Shown: positions 47,394 through 56,558, numbered from the stretch's first letter. The stretch is DNA of 64,000 nt from Alphaproteobacteria bacterium (GCA_964291675.2 OZ219866.1:2368001-2432000); one strand, 5' to 3'. The notes: generated by a model not told the origin, from the sequence alone. Numbers and translations: made by a program.

Positions 47394-48569
47394 TCAGACC
47401 AGCGGGTCCGGGCAGGGCAGGCCGAGCGCGACCGCGCCCTGGACCGCGCCCGCCAGGTCCCAGGTCAGCGCGATGTGCCGCGCGACGGCGTTGGCGTCGC
47501 GCCAGGCCCGGTTGACCGGGTCGCCCGCCGCCAGCCCGCGCCCGCCCAGGATCGGCTGCACCCGCCCGATCGCGCGGCAGCAGGCCATCGCGGCGAAGGC
47601 GTTGTCCCGGCGGTAGCGCACCCGCTCCGCGACGGCGGGGACCGCATCGGCCTCCGCCCAGGCGATGATCTCGCGCCGGTTGCGGTCGACCAGGGCCCAG
47701 GCCGCGTCGATTTCGGCCATCGACTCGGCGATCCTGAGCTGGATGCTCTGCTGGCCGGCGAGCGGCGCCCCGGTCGCCCGGCTGGTCGGGCGCAGGCTCG
47801 CGCATAGCTGATCGACCGCGCCGCGCGCCGCGCCGACCGCGACCCCCACCAGGTTGAAGCTGAACACCGCCATCTGCGGCAGGCGGTAGAGATAGCCCGG
47901 ATTGACGGCGCGGCCCGGCCCCTCGCCCTTGCACAGCGCGCGCATCGGCGCGATGCGGTGGTCGGGAACGAACGCGTCCTCGACCGCGATGTCGTTGCTC
48001 CCCGTGCCGGCAAGCCCGGTCGCGTTCCACGTGTCGACGATCCGGCAGTCGCTCAACGGCACGGTCAGATAGTGGATCTCCCCGCGCGAGCCGTCCTCGG
48101 ACGGCAGGTTGGCGACCAGCATGGCCCAGCCGCAATAGTCGACGCCGCTGGAGAACGGCCAGCGCCCGGAAATCCGCCAGCCGCCGCGCGCGCGCTCCGC
48201 CGCGATGTCGTTGCCGTGGAAGGACGTAGCCACGCAGGTCTCCGGAGCGTCGCCCCAGATTTCCGCCTGCACCTCGCCCGGCATCATGCCGAGCAGCCAT
48301 CCATGGCAGGCGAGCAAGGCCGCGACCCAGGCGCTGGAGGGGCAGGCGCGGGCGAGCTCCATCGACAGGTCGGTCTGGATGCCGAATGGCAGTTCGAGCC
48401 CGCCGAAGCCGCGCGGCTGCATCACGCGGTAGAACCCGGCTTCCAGGAACGCCCGATGGATCTCGGGCAGCAATTTGCGGTTGGCTTCGGTGGCGCCCGC
48501 GCGCGTGCGCAATTCCGGCGTCATCGCCCGCGCGGCGTTCAGGATCGCCTCGGCGCCGCTCTCGGTCAT
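47394..48569 (-). CDS. Acyl-CoA dehydrogenase-fold flavin-dependent monooxygenase (HsaA/HpaB-C2-like oxygenase subunit)
   Basis: QPRGFGG, ACPSSAWV, SGRWPFSSGVD, DTWNATGLAGTGSND, NRAWRDAN. Confidence 0.85.
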   Translation of the reverse strand: MTESGAEAILNAARAMTPELRTRAGATEANRKLLPEIHRAFLEAGFYRVMQPRGFGGLELPFGIQTDLSMELARACPSSAWVAALLACHGWLLGMMPGEVQAEIWGDAPETCVATSFHGNDIAAERARGGWRISGRWPFSSGVDYCGWAMLVANLPSEDGSRGEIHYLTVPLSDCRIVDTWNATGLAGTGSNDIAVEDAFVPDHRIAPMRALCKGEGPGRAVNPGYLYRLPQMAVFSFNLVGVAVGAARGAVDQLCASLRPTSRATGAPLAGQQSIQLRIAESMAEIDAAWALVDRNRREIIAWAEADAVPAVAERVRYRRDNAFAAMACCRAIGRVQPILGGRGLAAGDPVNRAWRDANAVARHIALTWDLAGAVQGAVALGLPCPDPLV

Positions 48570-48662
48570 CCCGCCCCCTCTCTCGCGGAAAGTATATTGG
48601 GACTTCGCGCGCGGCAGGAGGGCATACTGGACGGAACGGCGGCGAGCGACGGGAGCGAAGGC

Positions 48663-49022
48663 ATGGGCCCCTATCACAGGATCGAGGACATCCCCAGTCA
48701 CAAGGTGCCGGTCGGCGAGCTGAAGGTGCTCTCGGGCAAGCAGGGCATGGTGTTCTTCGGCACGCTTGCCGCCGGCACCGAGGTGCCGCGGCACTCGCAC
48801 CCCAACGAGCAGATCACCATCGTGCATTCCGGCAGGATGCGCTACCGGATCGGCGACGGCGAGGTGACAGAGGTCGGCCCCGGCGAGGCGCTGGTGATCC
48901 CGGCCGATGTCGAGCACGAGTCGTGGTACGACGAGGAATGCACCATCACCGAGTTCTTCTCGCCGCCGCGTCTGGACATGTTCCCCGCGGCCGCCCGCCA
49001 CCCCTACGGGCTCGAGGACTAG
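48663..49022 (+). CDS. Cupin domain protein
   Basis: HSHPNEQIT and IPADVEH metal motifs, FFSPPR. Confidence 0.88.
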   Translation: MGPYHRIEDIPSHKVPVGELKVLSGKQGMVFFGTLAAGTEVPRHSHPNEQITIVHSGRMRYRIGDGEVTEVGPGEALVIPADVEHESWYDEECTITEFFSPPRLDMFPAAARHPYGLED

Positions 49023-49063
49023 AGGATATCCGTCTTGGATGGGACCGCCGTCGCCGCCGGGCC

Positions 49064-49172
49064 CGTCCTTCGATACGCCCCCTTCGGGGGCTACTCAGGA
49101 TGAGGAGCGGTTGGTATGCCACATACAATATTCCTCATCCCGAGTAGGCGCGAAGCGCCGTATCGAGGGACG
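49064..49172. repeat. REP doublet (REPIN-like), copy 4
   Basis: Same arms, 27-nt spacer, between convergent genes. Confidence 0.9.
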
Positions 49173-49177
49173 GCCCG

Positions 49178-51613
49178 TCAGCCACGCAGCCTTGCGTTCT
49201 CCGGGTCGTGCGGGGATTCGGGGATCACGCGGGCGGGATGGCGCTTCCCCAAAATTTCGATTTCGAGCTCCGTTCCGACATCGCCGTGACCGCTGTCCAC
49301 GTAGCCGATGGCGAGCGACTTTTCGGTGAAATGGCCGTAGGCGCCCGCCGTCGCGCGACCGACCATGGCGTCGCCGCGCCATAGCGGCTCGTTGCCGATC
49401 GGATCGGCGTCCTCGATTTCGCCCACCTCGACGGTCACGAACTGCCTCGGCACGCCCTCGGCGCGCTGGCGTATCAGGGCGTCGCGGCCCACGAAGTCGC
49501 CCTTGTCGAGCGCCGCGAACCGGCCGAGCCCGGCCTCCAGGATGGTGTATTCGCGGGTCAGGTCCTGCGCCCACATGCGGTAGGACTTTTCGATCCTGAG
49601 CGAATCCATCGCCCGCATGCCGCACTGGCCGATATCGAACTCCGCGCCCGCGCGCATCAGCTCCAGGAATATGTGCCGCTGGTATTCCACCGGGTGGTGG
49701 ATCTCCCAGCCCAGCTCGCCGACGAAGTTGAGGCGCATCAGGCGCGCCGGCGCGAGCCCGACATGGGTGTGCCGCCCGGTCAGCCAGGGGAAGGACGCGC
49801 CGTCGAGATCGGCCTCGGCGATCTTCGCCATGACCGCCCTGGCGTTGGGGCCGGCGATGACCAGCGTCGCGTGCGAGGTGGTGAGGTTGTCGAGCCGGAC
49901 GCTGCCGTCGCCGGGCAGGTTCTTGGCCAGGTAGTCGCCGTCATAGCGCTCCGCCGCGCCGGAGCTGACGAGATAGAAGCTCTCCTCGCCGTCCCGCATC
50001 ACGGTGAACTCCGAACGCACCCCGCCGCGCGCGGTCAGCGCGTGCGACAAATTGACGCGCCCGACCGCCCGCGGCAGGCGGCGGCACAGCAGCCGGTCGA
50101 GCCAGGCTTCGGCGCCCGGCCCCGAGACGCGGAACTTGGAGAAGCTGGTGATGTCGACGATCCCGACATTCTCGCGCACGTTCCGGTGTTCCCGCGCGAC
50201 ATGCGGGAAATAGTTGGTTCGCCGGAAGCTCCAGACATCCGCCCGCTCGACCCCCTCCGGCGCGAACCAGTTGGGCCGCTCCCAGCCATAGCGCTGGCCC
50301 CAGACCGCGCCCATGCCGTCGAGCAGGTCGTGGATCGGGCTGGTCTTGGCGGGCCGCGCGGCGGGGCGTTCCTCGTCCGGGTAGTGGATGATGAAGACGT
50401 GCTCGTAGGCTTCTTCGTTCTTGGCCCTGACATAGGGCGTGTTGGCGTAGCCGCCGAACCTGCGCGGATCGACATCCATCATGTCGATCGACGGCTCGCC
50501 CTCGACGATCCATTCCGCGAGCTGCCAGCCGGCCCCGCCCGCTGCGGTGATGCCGAAGCTGTGGCCCTCGTTGAGCCACATATTGCGGAGATCCCAGGCC
50601 GGGCCGACCAGCGGGCTGCCGTCCGGCGTGTAGGCGATGGGGCCGTTGACGACGTCCTTGATCCCCGCCCGCTCGAAGCTCGGCACCCGGGCGATCGCCG
50701 CCTCCAGATGGGGCATCAGCCGGTCGAGGTCGCCGGGGAACAGGTCGCGCTCGAAGCTCTCCGGGACGCCGTCCCAGAAGCGGGCCGGCGCGCCTTTCTC
50801 GTAGGGCCCGAGGATGTAGCCCTGGCGTTCCTCCCTGAGATAGTAGGACGCGTCCGATTCGCGCAGCACCGCCATCTCCGGCAGGCCCTGGCGGTGCCGC
50901 TCGGCCAGCTCGGGCACCTCTTCGGTGACGATGTACTGGTGCTCCACCGGGATCGCCGGGATGTAGATCCCGAGCATCTGCGAGGTGTGCCAGCTGTAGT
51001 TGCCGGTCGCGCACACGACGTGCTCGCAGACGATGTCGCCGCGCGTCGTCCTGACCGTCCATTCGCCGCCGGGTCCCGGTTCCACCGCCGTGACCGGGGT
51101 ATCGCGGTAGATCTCCGCCCCCCGGTCGCGCGCGCCGATCGCCATCGCCTGGGTCACGTCGGCCGGCGCGATGTGGCCGTCATCGGGGTGGTAGAGCGCG
51201 CCGACCAGCCCCTCGATGTTGCAGAGCGGCCAGAGCTCGGCGATCTCCGCCGGGGTGACGATCTCGAAAGGCACGCCGATCGTGTTGGCGGTACCGCAAT
51301 ACTTGCGGTACTCGTCCATGCGCTCCTCGTTGGTGGCGAGCCGCAAATTGCCGGTCACGTGGAAGCTCACCTCTTGGCCGGTCTCCCCGGGCAGGGCCTT
51401 GTAGAGGTCGACCGAGTACTTGTGCAGCTGGCCCACGCCGTAGCTCATGTTGAACAGCGGCAAGAGGCCCGCGGCATGCCAGGTCGACCCGGCGGTGAGC
51501 TCGGTGCGCTCGCACAGCACCGAATCCGTCCAGCCCTTCTTCGCCAGGTGGTAGAGAGTCGAGACGCCGACCACCCCGCCGCCGATCACCACCGCCCGAG
51601 CATGTGTCTTCAA
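49178..51613 (-). CDS. Dimethylglycine/sarcosine dehydrogenase-like FAD oxidoreductase with GcvT domain
   Basis: VIGGGVVG, GSTWHAAG, YTPDGSP, GWERPNWF, VGELGWEIH, SLRIEK. TTG start after GGAGG. Confidence 0.92.
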   Translation of the reverse strand: MKTHARAVVIGGGVVGVSTLYHLAKKGWTDSVLCERTELTAGSTWHAAGLLPLFNMSYGVGQLHKYSVDLYKALPGETGQEVSFHVTGNLRLATNEERMDEYRKYCGTANTIGVPFEIVTPAEIAELWPLCNIEGLVGALYHPDDGHIAPADVTQAMAIGARDRGAEIYRDTPVTAVEPGPGGEWTVRTTRGDIVCEHVVCATGNYSWHTSQMLGIYIPAIPVEHQYIVTEEVPELAERHRQGLPEMAVLRESDASYYLREERQGYILGPYEKGAPARFWDGVPESFERDLFPGDLDRLMPHLEAAIARVPSFERAGIKDVVNGPIAYTPDGSPLVGPAWDLRNMWLNEGHSFGITAAGGAGWQLAEWIVEGEPSIDMMDVDPRRFGGYANTPYVRAKNEEAYEHVFIIHYPDEERPAARPAKTSPIHDLLDGMGAVWGQRYGWERPNWFAPEGVERADVWSFRRTNYFPHVAREHRNVRENVGIVDITSFSKFRVSGPGAEAWLDRLLCRRLPRAVGRVNLSHALTARGGVRSEFTVMRDGEESFYLVSSGAAERYDGDYLAKNLPGDGSVRLDNLTTSHATLVIAGPNARAVMAKIAEADLDGASFPWLTGRHTHVGLAPARLMRLNFVGELGWEIHHPVEYQRHIFLELMRAGAEFDIGQCGMRAMDSLRIEKSYRMWAQDLTREYTILEAGLGRFAALDKGDFVGRDALIRQRAEGVPRQFVTVEVGEIEDADPIGNEPLWRGDAMVGRATAGAYGHFTEKSLAIGYVDSGHGDVGTELEIEILGKRHPARVIPESPHDPENARLRG

Positions 51614-51864
51614 GGCTTCCTCCCCGGGCGGCGCGCGCCCCGACTCGAACCTGGATAGAGGTTGCGACCAACCGTCCCCGGACCCGCCGGGTAACGAGAC
51701 TTTTACCGGGGCGAAACGAAAAAAGCGATTGCGCGATCAAATGCAACGGTTGTAGCAATCCAGAGTGGAACCCTTCCCGTCGGCGACCCGAATCGCGGGC
51801 CCGCGGCAAGGGTGTCCACTTTCGCAAATCGACGCTCGGCGCGTCGCCATGAAGGATCCTGCTG

Positions 51865-52098
51865 ATGGTGAATTATCAGGACACGGTCGACCGGTCCGAC
51901 CGCACGGTGCCGGTCAACCTGCACCAATCGGGGCCTGCCCCCACCGAGTTGCCGATCTCGACGCACGTCCGAAAATCGCCCTTGGTGAACTATCAGGACA
52001 CGGTCGACCAGTCCGACCGCAAGGTGCCGATCAACCTGCGCCAGTCGGGGCCCACCCCCACCGAGCTGCTGATCTCGACGCGTGTGCGAAAATCGCCC
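51865..52098 (+). repeat. 117-bp in-frame tandem duplication (2 x 39 codons)
   Basis: 51865-51981 versus 51982-52098; 14 mismatches by manual alignment. Confidence 0.92.
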
Positions 52099-53286
52099 TT
52101 CTGGCACCTGTCGCACGAGGCGGGATGCTGGCGCGCCACGGTCTATAACCGGATCTATCACCCGCGCGGCTATGTCAGGCCCGAGGACGGCGGCGCGATG
52201 GTCGAGTACCGGGCGCTGGTCGACCACGTGACGCTGTGGAACGTGGCGGTGGAGCGCCAGATCCGTGTCGCCGGACCCGACGCCGAGGCCTTCGTCAACT
52301 ACGTCATCACGCGGGACGCGACCCGTATCCAGCCGATGAAGGGCAAGTACGTGATCCTGTGCAACGAGCAGGGCGGGATCCTCAACGATCCGGTGCTGCT
52401 GCGCCTGTCGGAGGACGAGTTCTGGTTCAGCCTGTCGGACTCCGACATCATGTTCTGGCTGCAGGGCGTGAACGTCGGCATGAAGGCCGATGTGGAGATC
52501 GACGAGATCGACGTCTGCCCGTTGCAGATCCAGGGACCCAAATCGGCCGATCTGATGGCCGACCTGGTCGGCGACGAGGTCCGCGACCTGCCCTCCTACG
52601 GCCTCATGGAGGCGCGGGTGGCGGGCTGCGACGTCGTCGTGTCGCAGACCGGGTTCACCGGCGAGAAGGGCTACGAGTTCTATTTGCGCGATGCGACGCT
52701 CGACGCCGAGAAGCTGTGGAACGCCATCCTGGAGGCGGGCAAGGCGCACAACCTGATGGTGATCGCGCCCGCGCATCACCGCCGCATCGCCGCCGGCATC
52801 CTGTCCTGGGGCCAGGACATGGACGCCGAGACCCTGCCGTTCCAGTGCAATCTCGGCTACCAGGTGCCGCGCCTCAAGGAGGCCGACTATATCGGCAAGG
52901 CACGGCTCGAAGAGATCCGCGCCCAGACCGAAGCCGGCAGCCCCCCGTTCAGGCTGACGCTGGTGGGGCTGGTGCTCGGCGGCAAGCCGATCGAGGACTA
53001 CGCGCCCGACTTCTGGCTGATCTCGGGGTCCGAGGGCGGCGAGCCGGTGGGCTACGTCACCTCGCCCTGGTATTCGCCGGAGCTCGGGACCAACATCGCG
53101 ATGGGCTACGTCCCCTGCGCCATGGCGGAGCTGGAGACCCGCGTCAAAATCTGGCTGCCGGAGCAGTACAGCCCGGAACCGGGCCGGCCGGTGGATGGCC
53201 GGGTCGTCGAAATGCCCTTCCGGCCCTCGGTGAACCCCAACGCGCGGGAGATCGCGCGCGCCAAGGGGCGCGACTCCGCCCTTTGA
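51865..53286 (+). CDS. GcvT-family THF-dependent methyltransferase (DmdA-like) with duplicated N-terminus
   Basis: RVRKSPF..TVYNR, LWNVAVERQI.V.GPDA, GGILNDPVLL, LQIQGP, QTGFTGEKGYE, ILSWGQDM. Confidence 0.85.
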   Translation: MVNYQDTVDRSDRTVPVNLHQSGPAPTELPISTHVRKSPLVNYQDTVDQSDRKVPINLRQSGPTPTELLISTRVRKSPFWHLSHEAGCWRATVYNRIYHPRGYVRPEDGGAMVEYRALVDHVTLWNVAVERQIRVAGPDAEAFVNYVITRDATRIQPMKGKYVILCNEQGGILNDPVLLRLSEDEFWFSLSDSDIMFWLQGVNVGMKADVEIDEIDVCPLQIQGPKSADLMADLVGDEVRDLPSYGLMEARVAGCDVVVSQTGFTGEKGYEFYLRDATLDAEKLWNAILEAGKAHNLMVIAPAHHRRIAAGILSWGQDMDAETLPFQCNLGYQVPRLKEADYIGKARLEEIRAQTEAGSPPFRLTLVGLVLGGKPIEDYAPDFWLISGSEGGEPVGYVTSPWYSPELGTNIAMGYVPCAMAELETRVKIWLPEQYSPEPGRPVDGRVVEMPFRPSVNPNAREIARAKGRDSAL

Positions 53287-53348
53287 CCCGCGGCCGACGG
53301 GCCAACCTGCCGGCCGGAGGTTTTGTTGCCGGCCGGGGCGGGCTATGT

Positions 53349-53364
53349 TGTTGCGATCGCAACA
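53349..53364. promoter_or_regulatory. Perfect 16-bp palindrome, candidate operator
   Basis: TGTTGCGATCGCAACA lies between a TATGTT -10-like hexamer and the GGAGG RBS of tctC. Confidence 0.5.
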
Positions 53365-53375
53365 GGAGGGTCCAG

Positions 53376-54473
53376 ATGCCCGTACAGCACGAGCTTGCGC
53401 GTTACCTTGCCGGCGGCCTCGTCGCCGCATCGGCGGCTGCCCTGCCGGTTTCGGTCCAGGCCGACATGTCGGGCAAGACCGTCACATGGGTGATTCCGTT
53501 CTCCGAGACCGGCGGCTCGGCCAAATGGGCCAACTTCTTCGCGCCGCTGCTCAAGGAGGCGCTGCCGGGCAAGCCCACCGTGGTGGTGAAATTCATGCCC
53601 GGCGCCGGCTCGACCAAGGGCGCCAACTGGTTCCAGAGGCAGAAGCACAAGGACGGCACGCTGCTCTTCGGCTCGTCCGGCTCGACCCAGTTCCCCTACC
53701 TGCTCGGCGACCGGCGGGTGCGCTACGAGTACAAGGACTGGAACCCGGTCATGGCGACCGGCACCGGCGGCGTCGCCTATCTCGACAAGGAGAGCGGCGC
53801 GAAGTTCGACGGCACGGCCAACAAGCTCAAGGACATCGAGTTCATCTACGGCTCCCAGGGCGCGACCCGGCTCGACCTGGTGCCGCTGCTCGCCTGGCGG
53901 ATGCTGGGCATGAAGGTGGAGCCGGTCTTCGGCATCAAGGGCCGCGGCGACGGCCGGCTGATGTTCGAGCGTGGCGAGGCCAATATCGACTACCAGACCT
54001 CCTCGGCCTATCTCTCCGGCTCGATGCCGCTGGTCAAAGCCGGCACCGCGGTACCGATGATGTCGTGGGGCGCGCTGGACGCGAACGGCGATATCGTGCG
54101 CGACCCGACCTTCCCCGACATCGCGACCTTCAAGGAGGTCTGCGAGGCGACCGACGGCTGCGCGACCAGGGGCGACGCCTGGGACGCGTGGAAGGCGTTC
54201 TTCGTCGCCGGCTTCCCGTCGCAGAAGATCGCCTTCCTGCCCCGCGGCACGCCGCAGGACGTGATCGACACCTATGTCACCGCGTTCAACAAGGTGAAGG
54301 CCCGGCCGGACTTCGCCAAAATCTCGGCCAAGCGGGTGGGCAAGTACCCGATGTTCGTGGGCGACGGCGCCAGGGCGGCGCTCGGGACCGCGACATCCGT
54401 GCCGGAAAAGGCCAAGGCGTTCGTGGTCGGCTGGCTGAAGGAAGCCTACGGCGTGACGCTCAAGAAGAAGTGA
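53376..54473 (+). CDS. tctC: Tripartite tricarboxylate transporter substrate-binding protein (Bug/TctC)
   Basis: Signal peptide, GKTVTWVIPFSETGGS, MPGAGS, DGTLL, FERGE, RDPTFPD, PRGTP. Confidence 0.87.
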   Translation: MPVQHELARYLAGGLVAASAAALPVSVQADMSGKTVTWVIPFSETGGSAKWANFFAPLLKEALPGKPTVVVKFMPGAGSTKGANWFQRQKHKDGTLLFGSSGSTQFPYLLGDRRVRYEYKDWNPVMATGTGGVAYLDKESGAKFDGTANKLKDIEFIYGSQGATRLDLVPLLAWRMLGMKVEPVFGIKGRGDGRLMFERGEANIDYQTSSAYLSGSMPLVKAGTAVPMMSWGALDANGDIVRDPTFPDIATFKEVCEATDGCATRGDAWDAWKAFFVAGFPSQKIAFLPRGTPQDVIDTYVTAFNKVKARPDFAKISAKRVGKYPMFVGDGARAALGTATSVPEKAKAFVVGWLKEAYGVTLKKK

Positions 54474-54520
54474 TGCGCCTCCCCGCCTAGGGAACGCCCT
54501 TCGGGCTGGAGGAAGGGGTC

Positions 54521-56551
54521 ATGGAATTCCTGACCGCGGCGCTGCCGGCGCTGGGCGAAGCCGCGGGCCTGATCCTCCAGCCCGTCGTTCTCGGCTACCT
54601 GGTGCTCGGCGTGGTCATGGGCCTCGCCATCGGGGTATTTCCCGGGCTCGGCGGGATCGCCGGGCTCTCGCTGCTGCTGCCCTTCATGTTCGGCATGGAG
54701 CCGGTGCTCGGCCTCGCGCTGATGATCGGCATGGTGGCCGTGGTGCCGACCTCCGATACCTTCGCCTCTGTGCTGATGGGCATCCCCGGCTCGTCGGCGT
54801 CCCAGGCGACGGTGCTGGACGGCTTCCCCATGGCGCGCAAGGGCGAGGCGGCGCGGGCGCTGTCCGCCGCCTTCGCCTCCTCGCTGTTCGGCGGGCTGGT
54901 CGGCGCCGCCTTCCTCACCGTGTTCATCCTCGCCGCGCGTCCGGTGGTGCTCGCCTTCGGCCTGCCGGAAATGCTGATGGTGACGATCCTCGGGCTCTCC
55001 ATGGTGGCGATCCTGGCCGGGCGGATCGCGCTCAAGGGGCTCGCCGCGGCCGGGCTCGGGCTGATGATCGGCACCATCGGCGAGGCGGATGCGGGCGGCA
55101 GCCTGCGCATGGCGACCTACGACATCCCCTATCTCACCGACGGGCTGAAGCTGGTGATCGTCGGCCTCGGCATCTTCGCCATCCCCGAGATCGTCTCGCT
55201 GCTGCGCCAGGACAAGTCGATATCCCGCACGGCGACGCTCGGCGGCGGCTGGCTCGACGGCGTGCGGGACTGGTTCGCCAATATCTGGCTGTCGATCCGC
55301 TGTTCGATGATCGGCGTCACCGTCGGCGTGATCCCCGGTCTCGGCGGCTCGGTGGTGGACTGGATCGCCTACGGCCACGCGGTGCAGACCACCCGGGACA
55401 AGTCGCAATTCGGCAAGGGCGAGGTGCGCGGCATCGTCGGGCCCGAAAGCTCGAACAACGCCAAGGAAGGCGGCGGGCTGGTGCCGACGCTGCTGTTCGG
55501 CATCCCCGGCTCGGGCTCGATGGCGGTGTTCATCGGTGCGGTGGCGCTGCTCGGATCGGGCGATATCGAGGTCGGGCCGTCGATGCTGAAGAACAACCTC
55601 GACATCACCTATTCCATCGTCTGGCTGCTGGCGCTCGCCAACGTGGTGGGCACCCTGCTTTGTATCGCCTCCTCCGGCGGGATCGCCCGGTTGACCACCA
55701 TCCGCTTTACCCTGGTCGCGCCGTTCCTGTTCATGCTGATCGCCTTCGCCGCCTTCCAGTCGGGCCAGGACCTGTTCGATCTGGTGGCGCTGTTCGCGAT
55801 CGGCCTGATCGGGATCTTCCTCCGCCGCTTCGACTGGTCGCGCCCCGCCTTCCTGATCGGCTTCGTGCTGTCGAACCCGGCCGAGACTTTTACCAACCAG
55901 GCCTACCAGATCGCGGCCAGCCGTTTCCGCAGGGGTTTCGAGGAAGGTATCGAGTACATATTCAGCCCCATCGTCATCGTGCTCCTGGTCGTGACCGCGG
56001 TTTCCATCTTCTTCGGCATCCGCCAGGCCAGGACGATCCAGGCCGAGGGCGACGTCCGGTCGGGCACCAAGCGGGCGCCGCTGGTCTTCCTGCTGCTGTT
56101 CACCGCCTATCTGGCGATCGCCGTCGTCGACGCCTCGACGATCCCGGACGACGCGTTCACCGACAAGGTGTTCCCGCTGGCGATCGGCGGCATCTCCGTG
56201 CTGTGCTGCCTGCTCCTGCTGTTTCGCATGATGACCCGGCCCGAGACGGACACCATCTTCGCCGACAAGGAGGTTTCCGGGGACGATGCCGAGGCCGCGC
56301 ACGGGCTGTGGCCCACCCTGGCCTGGTTCGGCGGGCTGCTGGTGCTGAGCGCGGTGTTCGGCTTCGTCATCGCCCTGGCGGTGTTCCTGCTTGCCTTCTT
56401 CCGGCTGCGCGCGGGGCTCGAATGGGGCAGGGCCGCGATCCTCGCCGCCTGCGGCATCGCCTTCATGTGCCTGGTGGCTGGCTTGCTCAACCGGGATTTT
56501 CCGCCGGGTCTGCTGCAGTCCCTGGTCGAGCTTCCCTGGCCGCTGACCTAG
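54521..56551 (+). CDS. tctA: Tripartite tricarboxylate transporter permease, TctA with fused TctB-like C-terminus
   Basis: GVFPGLGG, GIPGSSAS..LDGFPMA, PESSNNAKEGG.LVPTLLFGIPGS, plus about 170 extra hydrophobic aa (FP..IG..). Confidence 0.9.
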   Translation: MEFLTAALPALGEAAGLILQPVVLGYLVLGVVMGLAIGVFPGLGGIAGLSLLLPFMFGMEPVLGLALMIGMVAVVPTSDTFASVLMGIPGSSASQATVLDGFPMARKGEAARALSAAFASSLFGGLVGAAFLTVFILAARPVVLAFGLPEMLMVTILGLSMVAILAGRIALKGLAAAGLGLMIGTIGEADAGGSLRMATYDIPYLTDGLKLVIVGLGIFAIPEIVSLLRQDKSISRTATLGGGWLDGVRDWFANIWLSIRCSMIGVTVGVIPGLGGSVVDWIAYGHAVQTTRDKSQFGKGEVRGIVGPESSNNAKEGGGLVPTLLFGIPGSGSMAVFIGAVALLGSGDIEVGPSMLKNNLDITYSIVWLLALANVVGTLLCIASSGGIARLTTIRFTLVAPFLFMLIAFAAFQSGQDLFDLVALFAIGLIGIFLRRFDWSRPAFLIGFVLSNPAETFTNQAYQIAASRFRRGFEEGIEYIFSPIVIVLLVVTAVSIFFGIRQARTIQAEGDVRSGTKRAPLVFLLLFTAYLAIAVVDASTIPDDAFTDKVFPLAIGGISVLCCLLLLFRMMTRPETDTIFADKEVSGDDAEAAHGLWPTLAWFGGLLVLSAVFGFVIALAVFLLAFFRLRAGLEWGRAAILAACGIAFMCLVAGLLNRDFPPGLLQSLVELPWPLT

Positions 56552-56558
56552 CGGGCGC

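Noticed and set aside
539-49172. The dispersed repeats as a CRISPR array or IS ends
   Set aside because: They are isolated inverted pairs kilobases apart, not direct repeats with spacers. No cas or transposase gene and no clear target-site duplication.
51641-51654. GGTTCGAGTC T-loop-like motif on the minus strand suggesting a tRNA
   Set aside because: The flanking bases do not form a T-stem, and no acceptor or anticodon arm can be built.
54521-56551. TctA-TctB fusion as a novelty
   Set aside because: To my knowledge fused TTT permeases are already known in marine Alphaproteobacteria, so it is recorded as a feature only.
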